A DNA stretch of 64,000 bases, taken from NCBI GenBank assembly GCA_907165135.1, contig OU015568.1, positions 9,238,001-9,302,000 on the forward strand, read 5' to 3'. The position numbers and the translations under genes were made by a program. This DNA is from Oikopleura dioica. Taxonomy: Eukaryota > Animalia > Chordata. Positions within the stretch are counted from its first letter, which is position 1, and every line of letters begins with the position of its first letter. Shown in pieces: positions 36,901-50,379 of the stretch. A model generated the notes under the pieces. That model saw only the letters and a list, made by a program, of their open reading frames with translations. It had not been told where the DNA came from and ran no database searches.

Positions 36901-39900
36901 CACTCCTGCTCGAGCACCGGCGGCAACCAACACTTTTTCATTCAAATCGCCTCAGCAGATGGAGAAAGAAAATGCGAAACTGGAACAAGAAGAGCGCGAG
37001 GAAGATGATCAAGATGGTGATGCTGGTCCTCATTTCGAGCCTGTCATTCCTCTTCCTGACCTCGTCGAAGTCAAGACTGGTGAAGAAGACGAAGAAGTCA
37101 TCTTCACTCATCGAGCAAAGCTCTTCCGATGGGCTGACTCTCAGTGGAAGGAAAGAGGTCTTGGCGACATGAAAATCATGAAAAACCCGAAGAACGGCAA
37201 GTACAGATGTCTCATGAGGCGAGAGCAAGTTTTAAAAATCTGCTGCAATCATTTGATCCAGTCAAGCTACTCTTTGAAGCCCATGGCTGGCAAGGACACC
37301 GCTTGGATCTGGACCGCCATGGACAACAACCCAGAAGAGGGTAAAGAACACGAAATCATTGCTCAGCAGTTTGCCATCCGCTTTAAAACCGCTGAAACAG
37401 CAAAAGAGTTCGAAAAGGCCTTCATTCTTGGCTCCAAAGCTTCTACTCCAACGAAACCAGCAGAAACAAAAGCACCAGCGAAGCCATCACCGAAGCCCTC
37501 TGGCAGATTCGACATCTCCGGCGGAACCAGCAGCGGTGTTTTTAACCCATTCAAGGTTCAGGAATCAAAGACTTCGCCAAAAGAGGAAGCACCTCCCGCT
37601 AGACCAATCGCTACTGCCTCTCGATCCAAGGCTAAAACTGCGGCAGCTGACGCAAAGCCACCTCCAAAGGCAGAAGAAGCGAAGGATTACTCGGGTCTCA
37701 AGACCAATCTAGCTGCTATTTTCACCAAGAAACCAGAGGAAGTAATTCAAAAATCTCCCGAAAAGCCTAAAGAAGAAGAAAAGCCGAAAGTGAATCTTTT
37801 CGGCGGACTCGCGACTGCTATGAAGACCGGATTAGGAAGCAGTGCTACTACTAACGCTCCTGGATTCAACTTCAGCTTCAAAAAGAGTGACGCGAGTGGC
37901 GATGCTCCAAAGGCCGAAGCAACACCAGCGCCATCAGCAGGTGCATTTAGCTTTGGGAAGCCCGCTCCAGCAGCAGCTGCCGCATCGCCGGTTGCACGAT
38001 CTCTTTTCGGAACCCCTTCAAATACAAACTCAGGCTTCAATTTCGCGTCTCAATCTACCGAATCGAAACCAGCTTCAGGAGGTTTCAGTTTTGGCTCTGC
38101 TAAATCAACTGGCGGCTTTGGCTCCATCGCTAAAGATTCCAACGCTTTCGCTGGTGGAAAAGCCGATCTGCCCGGAAAAGGAGCATCAATCTTTGGCGCT
38201 CCTAAAGAGAAAGAAAACGGCGATGAAGGCGACGGAGATGCTGAGGTTGATCCCTACTTCGCTCCGATCATCGACCTTCCCGATTTGGTCAAAGTCAAGA
38301 CTGGCGAAGAAGGCCTCGAGGTTCTTTTTACTCACCGAGCTAAGCTGTTCCGTTGGGCGAAGGAAACCTCAGAGTGGAAAGAACGCGGTCTCGGCGATAT
38401 CAAAGTCTACCGTGATCCAGCAACTGGCGACGGCCGCGTGATTCTTAGACGTGAACAGGTTCACAAATTGGCGTGTAATCATGGCGTCGATCCAAACGCC
38501 GAGTTGAAACCGTTGAACAACTCAGATAAGGCTTGGAGCTGGACGGCGATGGATTATGCTGACGGGGCAGCGTCGCCTGAGATGTTTGCCGTGCGTTTTA
38601 AGAACGCTGATCTTGCCAAGCAGTTCAAGACCGCATTCGATAGCTTCAAAGAAGGAGCTCCTCATCATTCCGTTGTTGGAGCTTCGTCTGATGAACCCGC
38701 TACAAATGGAAAAACCGAAGATCCACCAAAGCCAGCTGAAAAGAAAGAAGAACCAAAACAAGCCACCGGTTTCTCTTTCGGAGCAAAAACAGAGACTAAA
38801 CAAACTGGTTTCTCATTCGGCGCTAAGACAGAAGCACCAAAACCCGCCGCTCCAGCGGCCACTGGGTTCGGTCAGGTATCCGCTCCGCCAAAGAATGAGA
38901 CTCCAGCTGAAATGGCGCAACGACTCGAGCGCGAGAAACTCGCTAAAGAGCTGCAAGCTGCTGCATCATCGAACAAATTTTCCTTTGGAACAAAGTCTAC
39001 TGCTCCTGCTACAAGTGGTTCAGCCGCACCCGCTCCTACTCTCTTCGGTAGTGCAGCTAGCAAGCCAGCAGGAAATCAGACCTTTTCCTTTGGAACACCT
39101 GCTGGAGGCTCTGGATTTTCTTTTGGCTCAAAAGATGCTGGAAAAGCTGATTACAGTCACATCGGTTTCGGAGCTGCTAAAGCTGACGATTCAGTCGACG
39201 AGGATGAGCTCTTTGGCGTGAATAGCGAAGCGAGTGATTCCGAAGATGAAAGTTCAATCCAAGTTGAGTCAAGTGAAGTTGCTGCTCTCCCTGATTGCGA
39301 GCTTTTCAAGAAGCTAACTGGTCGGCCTTCTGAAGAACTCGTCAAAAAAGCCATCTCTCTTGGGCTTGCAGAGACCTTCTACAACTACCTCGAAGCAGGA
39401 ACTCCTTCTGAGCCTAATACCTTCCCATGGGAGACAGAAACGGCGTCGATCCCTAAACCTTCGTTCTCGTTTGGACAACAAACAACGCCTGCTCCTGCCT
39501 CTGGTGGTTTCAACTTCGGAGGCGCAGCGAAACAATCGAGCGGCTTCAACTTCGGTGGCGGTTCATCTGGCGGTGGTTTCGGTAGCATCAAGTCAAGTGG
39601 CGGCGGTTTTACCTTCAAAACTGATTCTCCTAACAACGCCTTCAAAAACGCTGGACAAGCTCTTTTCGGCGGAAACGATGGGGAAGATGGTCAGAACGGC
39701 GACGGTGACGAATGCACAGCTACCTTCAAGCCAGTTCTTGAGGAGCTTCCGCCAGAGATCCAGGTGAAAACCGGCCTTGAGGAGGAAGAAGAGCTATTTT
39801 CCCATCGAGCTAAACTCTTCCGCTTTGCATCAGAATGCTCGCCCCTGAGTGGAAAGAACGAGGCCTCGGCGACGTCAAAATTACTCAGAATAAGACCACA

Positions 39901-41694
39901 AAACGTTACCGTGTGGTGATGCGACGAGAACAAGTCTTCAAGATCTGCGCGAATCACTACATCACCGCGGAAATGTCACTCAAGCAAAACAGCAACTCTG
40001 ATCGAGCGTGGATGTGGACTGCGATGGATTACGGCGATCCAAACGAGCCTATTGGACAAGTTCAAAACTTCTGCATCAGATTCAAAAACTCAGAAATTGC
40101 GAATAATTTCAAGAAGGTCTTTGAGGAGTGCCAAGTTGGCCTGCTAAATATACCAATGAAGTAAGTTCCACTCTGTTACATAGTGTCTAACGGCTTATTC
40201 TAGTACTCCATCGAGAAAGGACTCCGAGGAAATATCCAAAAGTAGAATCGCGATCAACGAAGAGAAGGTCAATAAAATGAAGGACGAGCTTAACTACTTC
40301 AAGGACAAATTTGAAAAGAATGAAGAGATCAAACTCGGTAAGAAAACCTTTCAAAAAGAACAAATACTTTATTTTGTTTTTCAAGGTGAAAATGGAAGTA
40401 TAACACCTTTGGTCAAGCAGCACAAGGAAAAGCTCAACAGAACCAAGAGCGTTCTACCAACGCCGCAGGTCATTGCCAATAAGGCAGATGAAACGTGAGT
40501 GTTTATTATTTTATTAGGACGATCGAGAACTGAGAATTAAATTGATTGTTTTTAGAGAGAGCCCGGAGAAAGAAGCAAATGTTTCATTTACGCCTGTTCT
40601 TGAGAAATTGCCCGGTAAGGCCTCCTAATATTTGAAATTTAATACTAACTTTTGCTTAGACCTCATTGATGAAAAGACAGGAGAAGAGGAAGAAACCGTC
40701 GTTTTCGCGTCTCGTGGAAAACTGTACATTTGGAAAGACGAGCAGTGGAAAGAACGAGGTCTCGGCGGAGTCAAGATTTTGTCGAAAAATGGCTCTAGCC
40801 GAATTGTTATGAGACGAGATCAAGTCATGAAGGTAAAAAAAGAAGTTGCTTTTTGATATCCATTGTTTCTTTCTAGGTTTGTCTCAACATGCCGATCAAT
40901 AAGGACACCCCGGATGTTAAAGACAAGAAGGATTCAAACGGAAAGGCGGTCAACTTTATCGGCCTCGATTTCAGGTAAACTGGAGCTATCATTAGAGAAT
41001 TATTGATATCAAAATCTCTTTCAGTGGAATGGCGACAGAATCGAAAGACATGAACGTCGTTGGAGAAGAAGGAGTCACTGCGTCAGAGAGCGGCGAGCTA
41101 CTTAGCTTTGCTCTCAGGCTCAAGACAGAAGAAATCGCCGGTTTCTTCAAGACTGCTTTCATGGCTGGAAAGAATGCCGAAACAATCGCCCCCGTTTTCG
41201 TCCAGAAAGATGAGCCAAAGAGCATCAAGTCGCCCGAGCCCGTCAAATCCCCGGAGAAGGAGGAAGAAGCAGCGCCAGTTTCGACTGGACCAGCCTTCTC
41301 ATTCACCGGTGCGTTTATGTTAAGAATGAGCGGTTTAGGGCATTCTGGGCCATTTTGGATGTGAAGGGAACTCTTCAAAGGGTATTTTGAGCTCGTTGCT
41401 GTCTTTGATCTTTGATTTTAGTCCATTTTCCCTAAACCCTTTTTTCGAAGGCGTAGATTGCCTGTACATCTCTTCAGCCCCGAATACCCCAAATCTGCTT
41501 GCGAGAATCAACTTCTATTATCATATTTTTTCTTAATATTTATTGAACATATTTCAGGTTTTTCTGCTCCTGCGGCTACCGGTGGATTTAGCTTTGGCTC
41601 GCCTGCTCCCAAGCCAGCCTCAACAGGATTTAACTTCGGCGCAGCGGCTTCTGGCAATGCTGCTCCGAAAGGATTCAACTTTGGAGCTCCGTAA
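33984..41694 (+). CDS. RANBP2: RanBP2/Nup358 nucleoporin (two apparent 1-bp assembly frameshifts)
   Basis: N-terminal TPR/helical region; four Ran-binding domains (WKERGLG at about 37145, 38374, 39850, 40745); many FxFG repeats; one IR-like segment. Confidence 0.92.
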
Positions 41695-42302
41695 TTGAAA
41701 GAAGAATGTTTTAAGTTTGTTTTACTGTATCTGCTTTATATATGCGTTCAAGAAAAGCACCGTACCCCTCCCCACCTCACCATGAATCCCCAGAACCTCC
41801 CTTACGTTCAAAACTATAGTTTATAATAATGTAATTTATTCACTGCCACATTTGGTCCATGTGTTTCAACCCTAAATATAAAATAGGACAATTTTCACTT
41901 CAAATACAATTCAACAACCCTCTCTAAAATCCCTTCGGAATCCTTGACAATTAGATTTTTATCAAGGCTTTATGCGGTTCAATCATATTTCTTGAGCAGG
42001 TCATGAAGCATTCAATCATTATCGAAAGTCAAACTTGACATCAAGGGCAATTTCTACCGCTCCGGCTGATAAGCGCGTGTCGCAATCTATCAAAATTCTC
42101 ATGGGGCGCTCTCGAGCGTCAAGGAATGCGCCGCAAAACTGTCTCGCGTCGAGCCGTGTTTAGGCCTCATGTCGCCACCTTAGCCACGCTCGTCCAAGCC
42201 CAAACAGATCATTACAACAAATTTTCACCTTTTTTGATCTCACCCGCGAATAAAAAGATCTAAGGAAGAGTCCTGTAGCTTTGAGAGTTCCTGAAAAGCT
42301 TG

Positions 42303-44869
42303 ATGAAACTGCTAGCTAGCACTCTTCTTTCATTACTATCGGCGGAATATACAAATGACTTTGTCTTGCACTCCAAACATGGCAGAGAAATCATAGAGAG
42401 TATTGCTCTTGAAAATGAACTAGAGATCGTTGAAGAAGTTCTACCAGAATTCTGGCATCTCCGCGGCCATAGATTAAGAAGAAGATCCGCCGATGCTTCT
42501 GAATCACATAGGCAAGTTGAAAATTTGTGAGATCACGGCGTTGAAAGTTTCGTTTCCAAATTTTTAATCTCAAGAAATCTGACTTTATACGATGAAGTCA
42601 TCTGGGCAGAGCAGCAAAAGATCCATTCACGTGTCAAACGCGATGTTTCAATGAGCGATCCTCTTTGGGATCGAATGTGGTACATAAACCCTAATTATGT
42701 AAATGAGCGGACCGGGCAAGAGCGAAATGCTCATGCGACGAGGCATATGAATATCACAGGTGCATGGGCTCAAGGTTACACAGGCGCGGGTTTGAATTTT
42801 CAAAATTAACAAAGTGCACTTTTTTTATTTTCAAAGTTTCATCCTGTTGAAAGGAAAGGGAATAGTAGTCACAGTACTCGACGATGGAGTTGAAAAAACT
42901 CACCCTGATCTTGTTGAAAACTACGATCCCGCAGCTTCTTATGACATCAACAACAACGATCCTGATCCAACTCCTCGATACTCCGCCTTCAACCGAAATT
43001 TCAACTATGCAACTGCACAGTGGAACGCCCGGTCAAATCCAGAGCTTCGATTAACCAGCGATCTTCGCAATTATGAACGAGAGACTAACATGCATGGAAC
43101 TCGGTGTGCTGGACAAATTGCTGCTTCTGCGAATAATGGTCTTTGTGTTCCAGGAGTTGCTTACAACGCAAAAGTTGGAGGGATCAGAATGTTGGATGGA
43201 GATGTGACTGATCTCGTTGAAGCAAAATCTATTGGTAAAGCCATTGTTCGACTTATTGTTTCACTTCGAGGTTCTAGGGCTGAATCCAGACCACATCGAC
43301 ATCTACTCCGCTAGCTGGGGCCCGGATGACGATGGACGTAAAGTTGACGGCTAAGGGATCATCTAAAAAGGACCTGCCAAGGTCGGACACTTAACATGAG
43401 CTTAAACTATACAAACACGCTCGTTATCGAAAAAATAATATCAGATTTGTTGATCCCTCCGATGGCCCGGCAAAGCTGGCCACTGAGGCATTCAAATATG
43501 GCGCTCAAAAAGGACGGAATGGACTTGGCTCAATTTTTGTTTGGGCATCTGGCAATGGTGGCAAATACGATGACAATTGTAATTGTGATGGCTATGCAAC
43601 GAGTATCTACACCGTTTCTGTCAGCTCGACGACGATGAATGAAGATGTTCCTTGGTACTCGGAATCTTGTGCTTCAACGATGACAACGACTTATTCTTCA
43701 GGTTTGTTCTTCTGTGAGAATTTACTGAGCAACTCGTTAGGTGGATTCACATCAGCGAAAATAGTCACAACAGACCTCAGAGGAATGTGCACAAAAGAAC
43801 ACACAGGAACGTCAGCATCAGCTCCGATGGCCGCTGGAATGATCGCACTCATGCTCGAGGCGAATCCGAATTTGACATGGAGAGATGTTCAGCATATCAT
43901 CGTTCAAACTTCTAAAGCGTCCGGTCTTTATGATCCCAGAGGAGCGACTAATCCTGGCTGGCTTACTAACGGAGCCGGGAGACAATATTCTCACAGGTCA
44001 ATTGAACAATTTGTTGGAAAATTGAAAATCTTTTAAGATATGGGTTTGGATTGATGGATGCAGGAGCAATGACAGAATTGGCGAAAAATTGGAGTCGCGT
44101 GTCCAGACAGCTCATTTGCGAGCGCAACGTTATCAGTGGAAGCAGTCAAGTATCCATCTATTCTTCCTCTTCGTTCTACAACCCGATCATTGTCAGTTTT
44201 CACGTGTCACAGGAAGACTGCCCCGCCGGAATCACTCAAATGGAACACGTCAAAATTCAAATGAACGCGGCATTTAGCCGTCGCGGAGACTTGCAAATGA
44301 TTCTTGTCTCACCATCAGGAACTGAAAGCGTTATTGTGGGCGCGAGGCGATACGACAATTCGAAACAAGGTTATTTATCGTTTTTATTGTTTTCAATAAA
44401 ATTGTGAACTTTACGATTGCATAACTTGGTTTTTTCTAGGATATTATGGCCACGAATTTATGACGGTTCACATGTGGGATGAGTCCCCTTATGGCGAGTG
44501 GCATTTGAAGATTATGAACATGGGCGCGACCTGGAATCATGGAGCAAGGAGCAATTCTAGCGGCTTTTTACGGCAGTTTTCGTTGCAAATTCATGGAACA
44601 AGAGAAGGAGGTTTGTATCCATCTTTTTCCTCTAACTCAATTTAGCTTTAGACATGCCTGAGAGCACAAAAAGAAGAAATAAAACTAAAAATGAAATCCG
44701 TAACGGTCTCTGGCCCGCCGTCAATCGCGCCTATCGCCTCCCCAACCCTCGATATCTTTACCGAAACGAAAAGGGAGACACTGAGAAGCATTCTTTCCTG
44801 AAGTCCGCAGTTAAAACACCCAAGTCCAAGCTCAAACCAGCCGTTCTTAGATCAGGGTATCATGGATAA
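42303..44869 (+). CDS. Furin/kexin-like proprotein convertase (S8B)
   Basis: Signal peptide; prodomain ending RVKR; [28 protein letters not shown]; P-domain RRGDL. Confidence 0.92.
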
Positions 44870-45240
44870 ATGGTAGAGGTACCGCATTTTTCATCTAAAA
44901 ATATATTTCTAAAGCGCAGAAAATATATTTTTATTGCCTTTGAAATAAAAGTTGCTATCAAAATGAAAGATTTTTCGCATTTTGATTTTCACTAAAATTA
45001 TGACAAGAAAAAATTTATGAACCCTTTGCAGCTATTTATCGAAGCATGGGAGTCTGCCGAAGAAGCTCGGGAAGAACTTCTTTGAAATCATCTTTGGAAA
45101 AACGCTCGAGTAAATCTTTTTATTGCCTGTAATACTGTATCAAAAAGCCTGTACAACTTAGCCTGTGAGACTATTTACAATGTAAATATCTTGTCGCCTT
45201 CTTTTTTATTCATTTTATTTCAATGGACAATATGTTCAAA

Positions 45241-47006
45241 TTAAATTCCAGTCCCAAGGTTTCGGAAGAAATTCTTGTCGTTTTCATCTGGCTTGTCGTC
45301 CAGCGAGAAGTTTTTCTTTATTCATTAAAAGGTCGGCTTCGAATAGGTTTTTACCTGTAATTTCTGCCAGCATTCGTAATATGCGTCGTCAAGCACCTGG
45401 CACGTTTTCTGTCCCCATTTTGTAATCGCCAGCATCAGCGATGTTTCGAACATGAATGCCAGTTGTCCACTGCCGATAAATTGAGGCTAAACATGAGATT
45501 GAGCCGCTTAGAGCGTTGTTATCGCGCGTTACCTCCATCGGAGCTGAAGAGGCTTTCGAGAAGCACTCAGCATCGGGACCGTGCGGTGTGCCGATTGAAT
45601 GGAGAGTAGCGCCACCTGAGAAAATAATTAGATCAGGATAAGGGAGGATTTTTTGTAACCTGGAAGAAAACCATCTTCTTTAGCTTCGTATTTGCCGCAA
45701 ATCAGTCCCATAAACTCACTAGAAGAATTTGAAATTGGCAAAACAGGATAATTAGATTATTTAACTTACCTCATAACATTTCTATGATAATAAGGGGGCC
45801 TAAAAGTATGTTCATGCACCGACCAACGAGGCGGAAAGAGCGCTAAATCAACAACCGCTGTTCCTTCTTCCAGAGAAGGGGCCGTGAGAACGGTGAATAT
45901 CGAAGGGTCCATATGATCGAAGGTCACCGAGTTAACGGCGGAGAACTTCCACATGTTGTATTTATACGGCGAGTAGTTTCCGTGCCAACCGACGACGTCA
46001 AAGCAGGAGTGATCTTGCTCGCAGACGAATAGTTTTCCTTGGTATTTATTGTAGATCTTGAATAGTCCTTCTTTTTCGACGTAAAACGCAGTCGGATATT
46101 GGAAATCCCTCGGGTTGGCGAGACCGTTAGCCCCGATAGGACCAAGATTCGGCAAGGTGAAACGAGTACCAAAGACTTCGCAGATGTAGCCACGTGCTGG
46201 ACCGTCAACGTGAACGGCGTATCTAGTCTTGAGTGAACACAATTGAGGAATGTTAATGATGCACCTGATGTTCTGAGGAATGACAGCCAATTCTCCAGGT
46301 TCGACAATGAGTAGACCAAGTTCTGTTTGAATTCTCAATGTTCCTTCCTGTCTCGAGGCTTTTTCAATGATTCTTTGGTAAGTAGAAATAGCAGAAATAT
46401 GCTGAAAATAAAATTATAATGAAGTAAATGCCCGTTTCCTGAGGGACAATCAAAAACTCTCCATCTGAAGAGTAAAACGCAGAATTTTCCATTGAAGAAT
46501 TGCAAGTGTAAACATAAATTGCCGTTCCATGTCTGCACTTTGGATCCCCAGCGCCAGAAACAACCTTTAGTCCCGCTACAAAATCAACATTTTCCTCTTC
46601 TGGCATTTTAAAAGGCAGCCATCTCTTCTGATTAGGATCTGGATACTCTTCATTCCAATCGTGGGTGAAATCCTCGCGCTCAGGAAGTCGCTCGAATCGC
46701 CTGTGCTTGGCGGATGGAAGCATTCGATACACCCATGTTCTTGAGTTCTTTGTTCTTGGAGCTGTGAAGGCGCTTCCGGAGATTTGCTCTGCGTAGAGGC
46801 CATAAGGACATTTTTGAGGAGTATTTTGGCAAGGAGGAAGGGCGCCTTTTCAAAGTGATTTGGATTTGATTTTGGGCCAGTATGTCTTGCTTTAGCTAGC
46901 GAAGTCGGAAAATAATTAAAAATTCAAACCACAAAACTGGAGCTCTAGGATCTTCTGACGCAAATTCAGAGCCAAAACCAGTCTGGTATTTAATTCCTTC
47001 CCACAT
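45241..47006 (-). CDS. HGD: Homogentisate 1,2-dioxygenase
   Basis: YQTGFGSEFASEDP, CPYGLYAEQISGSAFTAPR, LGPIGANGLANPRDF, WHGNY, HTFRPPYYHRN.MSEFMGLI, HGPD. Confidence 0.97.
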
Positions 47007-47194
47007 CCCAGGTGTCCGTTTTCTATATTTAATTCTCTTGTCTGGTTATGTTGCGAAATGATCTTATATGCTTGCTTTTAGCACCGTCTTTTTCATCGTC
47101 AACGCCCACTTTACTCATAATCGTGTATTTTTTTATTTTACATTTTTATTTGATCCATCATCGGATGATCATAAATGTGGCAGAAGAGAGATTA

Positions 47195-48100
47195 TTAAGT
47201 TGACTCATATAGTGGTGCCAGCTCTTCGAATAGATATGGAAGGGCGTAGCGGGAATAGAAAGCGGGGAGGATCCAAAAAACGAGGCCAGAAAAGACAGCT
47301 ACCAATCCATAAACGATATTTGAGTGGTCTTGGTTGATTTCGGGAATGTCAATTCGTATCTTGGCCTTTTTGACGGGCATTTTTCTCATCGCGACCTTTT
47401 AAAGAAAATCCTTTAGAAAGAGAAATTTGACGATTGATACCTTGACTTCGTCGTTCATCTTCTGTTTTTCTTTTGCAGAAAAGTCAAAAATTGTCTGTCT
47501 TCTTTTTGGGGACCCATTTACCGAAGCCGCTAGTAGAAATCAAAGTTACTGAACAAATAAATGTTCTTACAGTCGATGAACGAGCTCATTTTGGAAGTAA
47601 TCTTTTTGGTCACAATCTCTCTGAATCTCTTCCTCGAGTTTTTCTGTTCAATTGCAACTTCGGTCTCGACTTTGTGCGTTTGCGGCAGCTGCTAAAAAAA
47701 GCAATCAGTTGATCATTCATAATAAAGTGGCACAGTGCCTAAAAGCCCTGAGAATGCAATTATTTCGCCGATGAGCGCGTTCTGTCTCATGCATCGCTTG
47801 TTGATTTGCATCGCATGTTCTGACTGTTACTGTATCTAGATAACTTAAATACAGTGACTCTGAGCGCTTATTGCTGGCGGCTGGACATTTATCGCGCTCA
47901 GAATTGAAGTCAAGGAGGAATTACTACCAGCTGATCAAAATGCTGCATAGAGCCGTTTTCTTTCTTCAAATCTTTCATTTCAAATCGCAGCTTTTGTTTC
48001 TCTTTGACGCAACTTTTTATATTCTGCGTTGGCGAGTGTTTCAGTATTCCTCCTTGGGTGTCATCTCTTCTAACAATCATTCTCGCCATATTTATTATTC
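47195..48100 (-). CDS. Unknown protein with C-terminal transmembrane segment; 5' exons uncertain
   Basis: Last exon IVYGLVAVFSGLVFWILPAFY...; upstream open segments bounded by GT/AG. Confidence 0.35.
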
Positions 48101-48439
48101 AAAAGAACGAGCTAAGTACGTGTCATCCTTTTTTGAGAAGAGGCGAAGAAAAAGGGATAGTTTGGGGGTCGTTTTTGTGGTCTAAAGGAGCGTCTCGAGT
48201 AAATTTATATTCAAGTGGCATTTTGTCAATTACTTTAATTGCAACAGGTTAGTGCATATGTTGGAGAATATTTATGGCTTCAAGAAGGCTTAAATTGGCA
48301 CGATCATGAATGAAGAATGCGTGCGAGAGTCATTTTGCTTTCTAAATGAGACGATGGAACTGAAAAAAAATTGTTTTAAGAAACCGTCGATAGTAATTTA
48401 TTGAAATTTTCGGGAAATACAAAGATCATCGATTACGTT

Positions 48440-48637
48440 TTATGGTTCTTGAACTTTAGGCCCAAATTTCTCTTCTTTTTCTTGCTTCCCGAAGATGTTC
48501 TGAAGATCCACTTGTCGTGACTCGTAGAAAATACTCTTCTCGCCCAAGTCCGAATCAATTCGTATCATCATTGACTGACCATCGTTCTCAAGATATCGAG
48601 CTGCAGTGAGTGCGAAAAATGTCAGAAAAATCTTCAT
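48440..48637 (-). CDS. Small secreted peptide/protein
   Basis: 65-aa ORF with signal peptide MKIFLTFFALTAA and an AATAAA-like signal downstream. Confidence 0.45.
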   Translation of the reverse strand: MKIFLTFFALTAARYLENDGQSMMIRIDSDLGEKSIFYESRQVDLQNIFGKQEKEEKFGPKVQEP

Positions 48638-48942
48638 TTTTCACCGTTCTAAATGATTGCCACCATGTTCTTCGAGTTTTTATGAAAAAGGGATGATTGT
48701 TCATTTCTCCTGCGGCGGTGTTTTGGTGCATGGTGGTGCTCTGACGTCAAAATTTACGTCACAGGACCTTTCAAATGCCATTTTAATCCACGTTTATGCA
48801 GATTACCCGCTTATAAAATGAAATAGTCAACTCTTATAAAACTTTTTTGATAAGTTGCCAACCTCCTTTTCGCGCTATAATATTGCGTAGGCGTCCCTTC
48901 TACAAGTGCGAATTCTCATAGAAAATTATTTTCTTTGAAAAA

Positions 48943-50321
48943 ATGCGAGCTGTTCCTGAGAGAATTCTTCTTGGGCAGAGATTCGCTTACTACAGAAAAG
49001 GATTAGCGCCGTCCACGAAACAAACTCTTAAAATTAAGGTACTCATTTGATTAGAGTTTTTCGTTCTTAGAAAATTCAGTACAATGATACGATGGGAAAT
49101 GTATTCGTCAACTCTTTATCGACAAAAAGTGATTCTTTCGGACGCCTTCATATACCAGCGGAGCAAATTTCAAACCTGATCTCGACCTCTAACCCGGAAA
49201 AGCCAAGCGCTGCTTTCATTCTCAAAGAATTTGAGTCCACCCAAATGGAGTTCATCCTTGATGATGTTTCTGAAACTGTTACTGTTGAATCTGGACTGCA
49301 ATCCGGTGAGATAATCAAAGAAGAATGGCGAGGAGAGTTCGTCGGTAATTTATTCTACCCGAGCAAAGAGGGAAAATTCCCCGTTATTGTGCATATAAAT
49401 GGCGGAATCAATCATATCCAAGATTCTCGTTCAACGATGCTAGCTCGAGAAGGATATTGCGTTTTAGAACTAGCTTACAATGTGCAAGAATATGGCCAAC
49501 CAGTGCTTTTTACGAGGAAAGATTTCCCACTGGAACATGTCGAGAACGCAATTATGTAAGAAAAAATCTTTTTTTTTCTAGCGTTTATTTTCTTCAGAAA
49601 GATATTGAAGCACGAGAGAGCTTATGGAGATCGAGTAGTTTTGATGGGACAATGCAAAGGGACCGATATCGCGACTGCTTTTGGCTCTCTTCGTCCAGAT
49701 CTAGTAGAATTTGTCATCGCTCAAGCTGGACCGACTCAACTTCCAGTCGCTACTGAAACGTCTTATCGAGGAAATCGCTGGGAAGGCATGGAGATAAATT
49801 ATCTGCAGGCAGAAGAATTGATGAAGCTAACGAAGTTCTTTTCTTTTCCAAAGGACGAAAATGATGTATTTCGACTCAAATACGGGTCCTTTCTGGCTTT
49901 GAAAGGAGATCATGGGCCGTTGTTTTTAGAAGACAACCAGGAGGATGGAAAATTTTTACTGAACGAAAAATCTGCGCGAAGCATAAAAGACAAAGCATTT
50001 CCTGTTGATCAAATGAACAAGATGTTTTTCTTCTCTACTCTCAATGATCCAACAATGGCACCAAATTCTGAACTAGCGATGGAAACAACTGAATACTTTC
50101 TCGGCGATAAAAACAACGTTGAAATTGAGTTTATTCACTCGGGTCATCTAGCTGTGACTCCAGAAATACCAGTGGTAGAAAAGTCTGTGATGAATTTTGC
50201 TGGGCTGAAATGCGAGATGAAATGGTCAAGTAACTCGACAAATGAAGATAGAATCAAAGAAACGAATGAACACCGACGAGTTTATAAAAAAATAACTGAA
50301 ATATTGAAAGCAAACTTTTAG
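48943..50321 (+). CDS. BAAT/acyl-CoA thioesterase family alpha/beta hydrolase
   Basis: GNLFYP..GKFPVIVHING, LAREGY.VLELAY, LEHVENA; nucleophile elbow GQCKG; ND and SGHL. Confidence 0.85.
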
Positions 50322-50379
50322 GCTCTTGAAATTATAAAAATTTTATTCTCACACAATTGATTGATTTGCCGAATTATTG

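Noticed and set aside
39841-39850. Frameshift within RanBP2 RBD3 (GCCCCTGAG)
   Set aside because: One extra C restores SPPEWKERG; likely a homopolymer error in an essential gene
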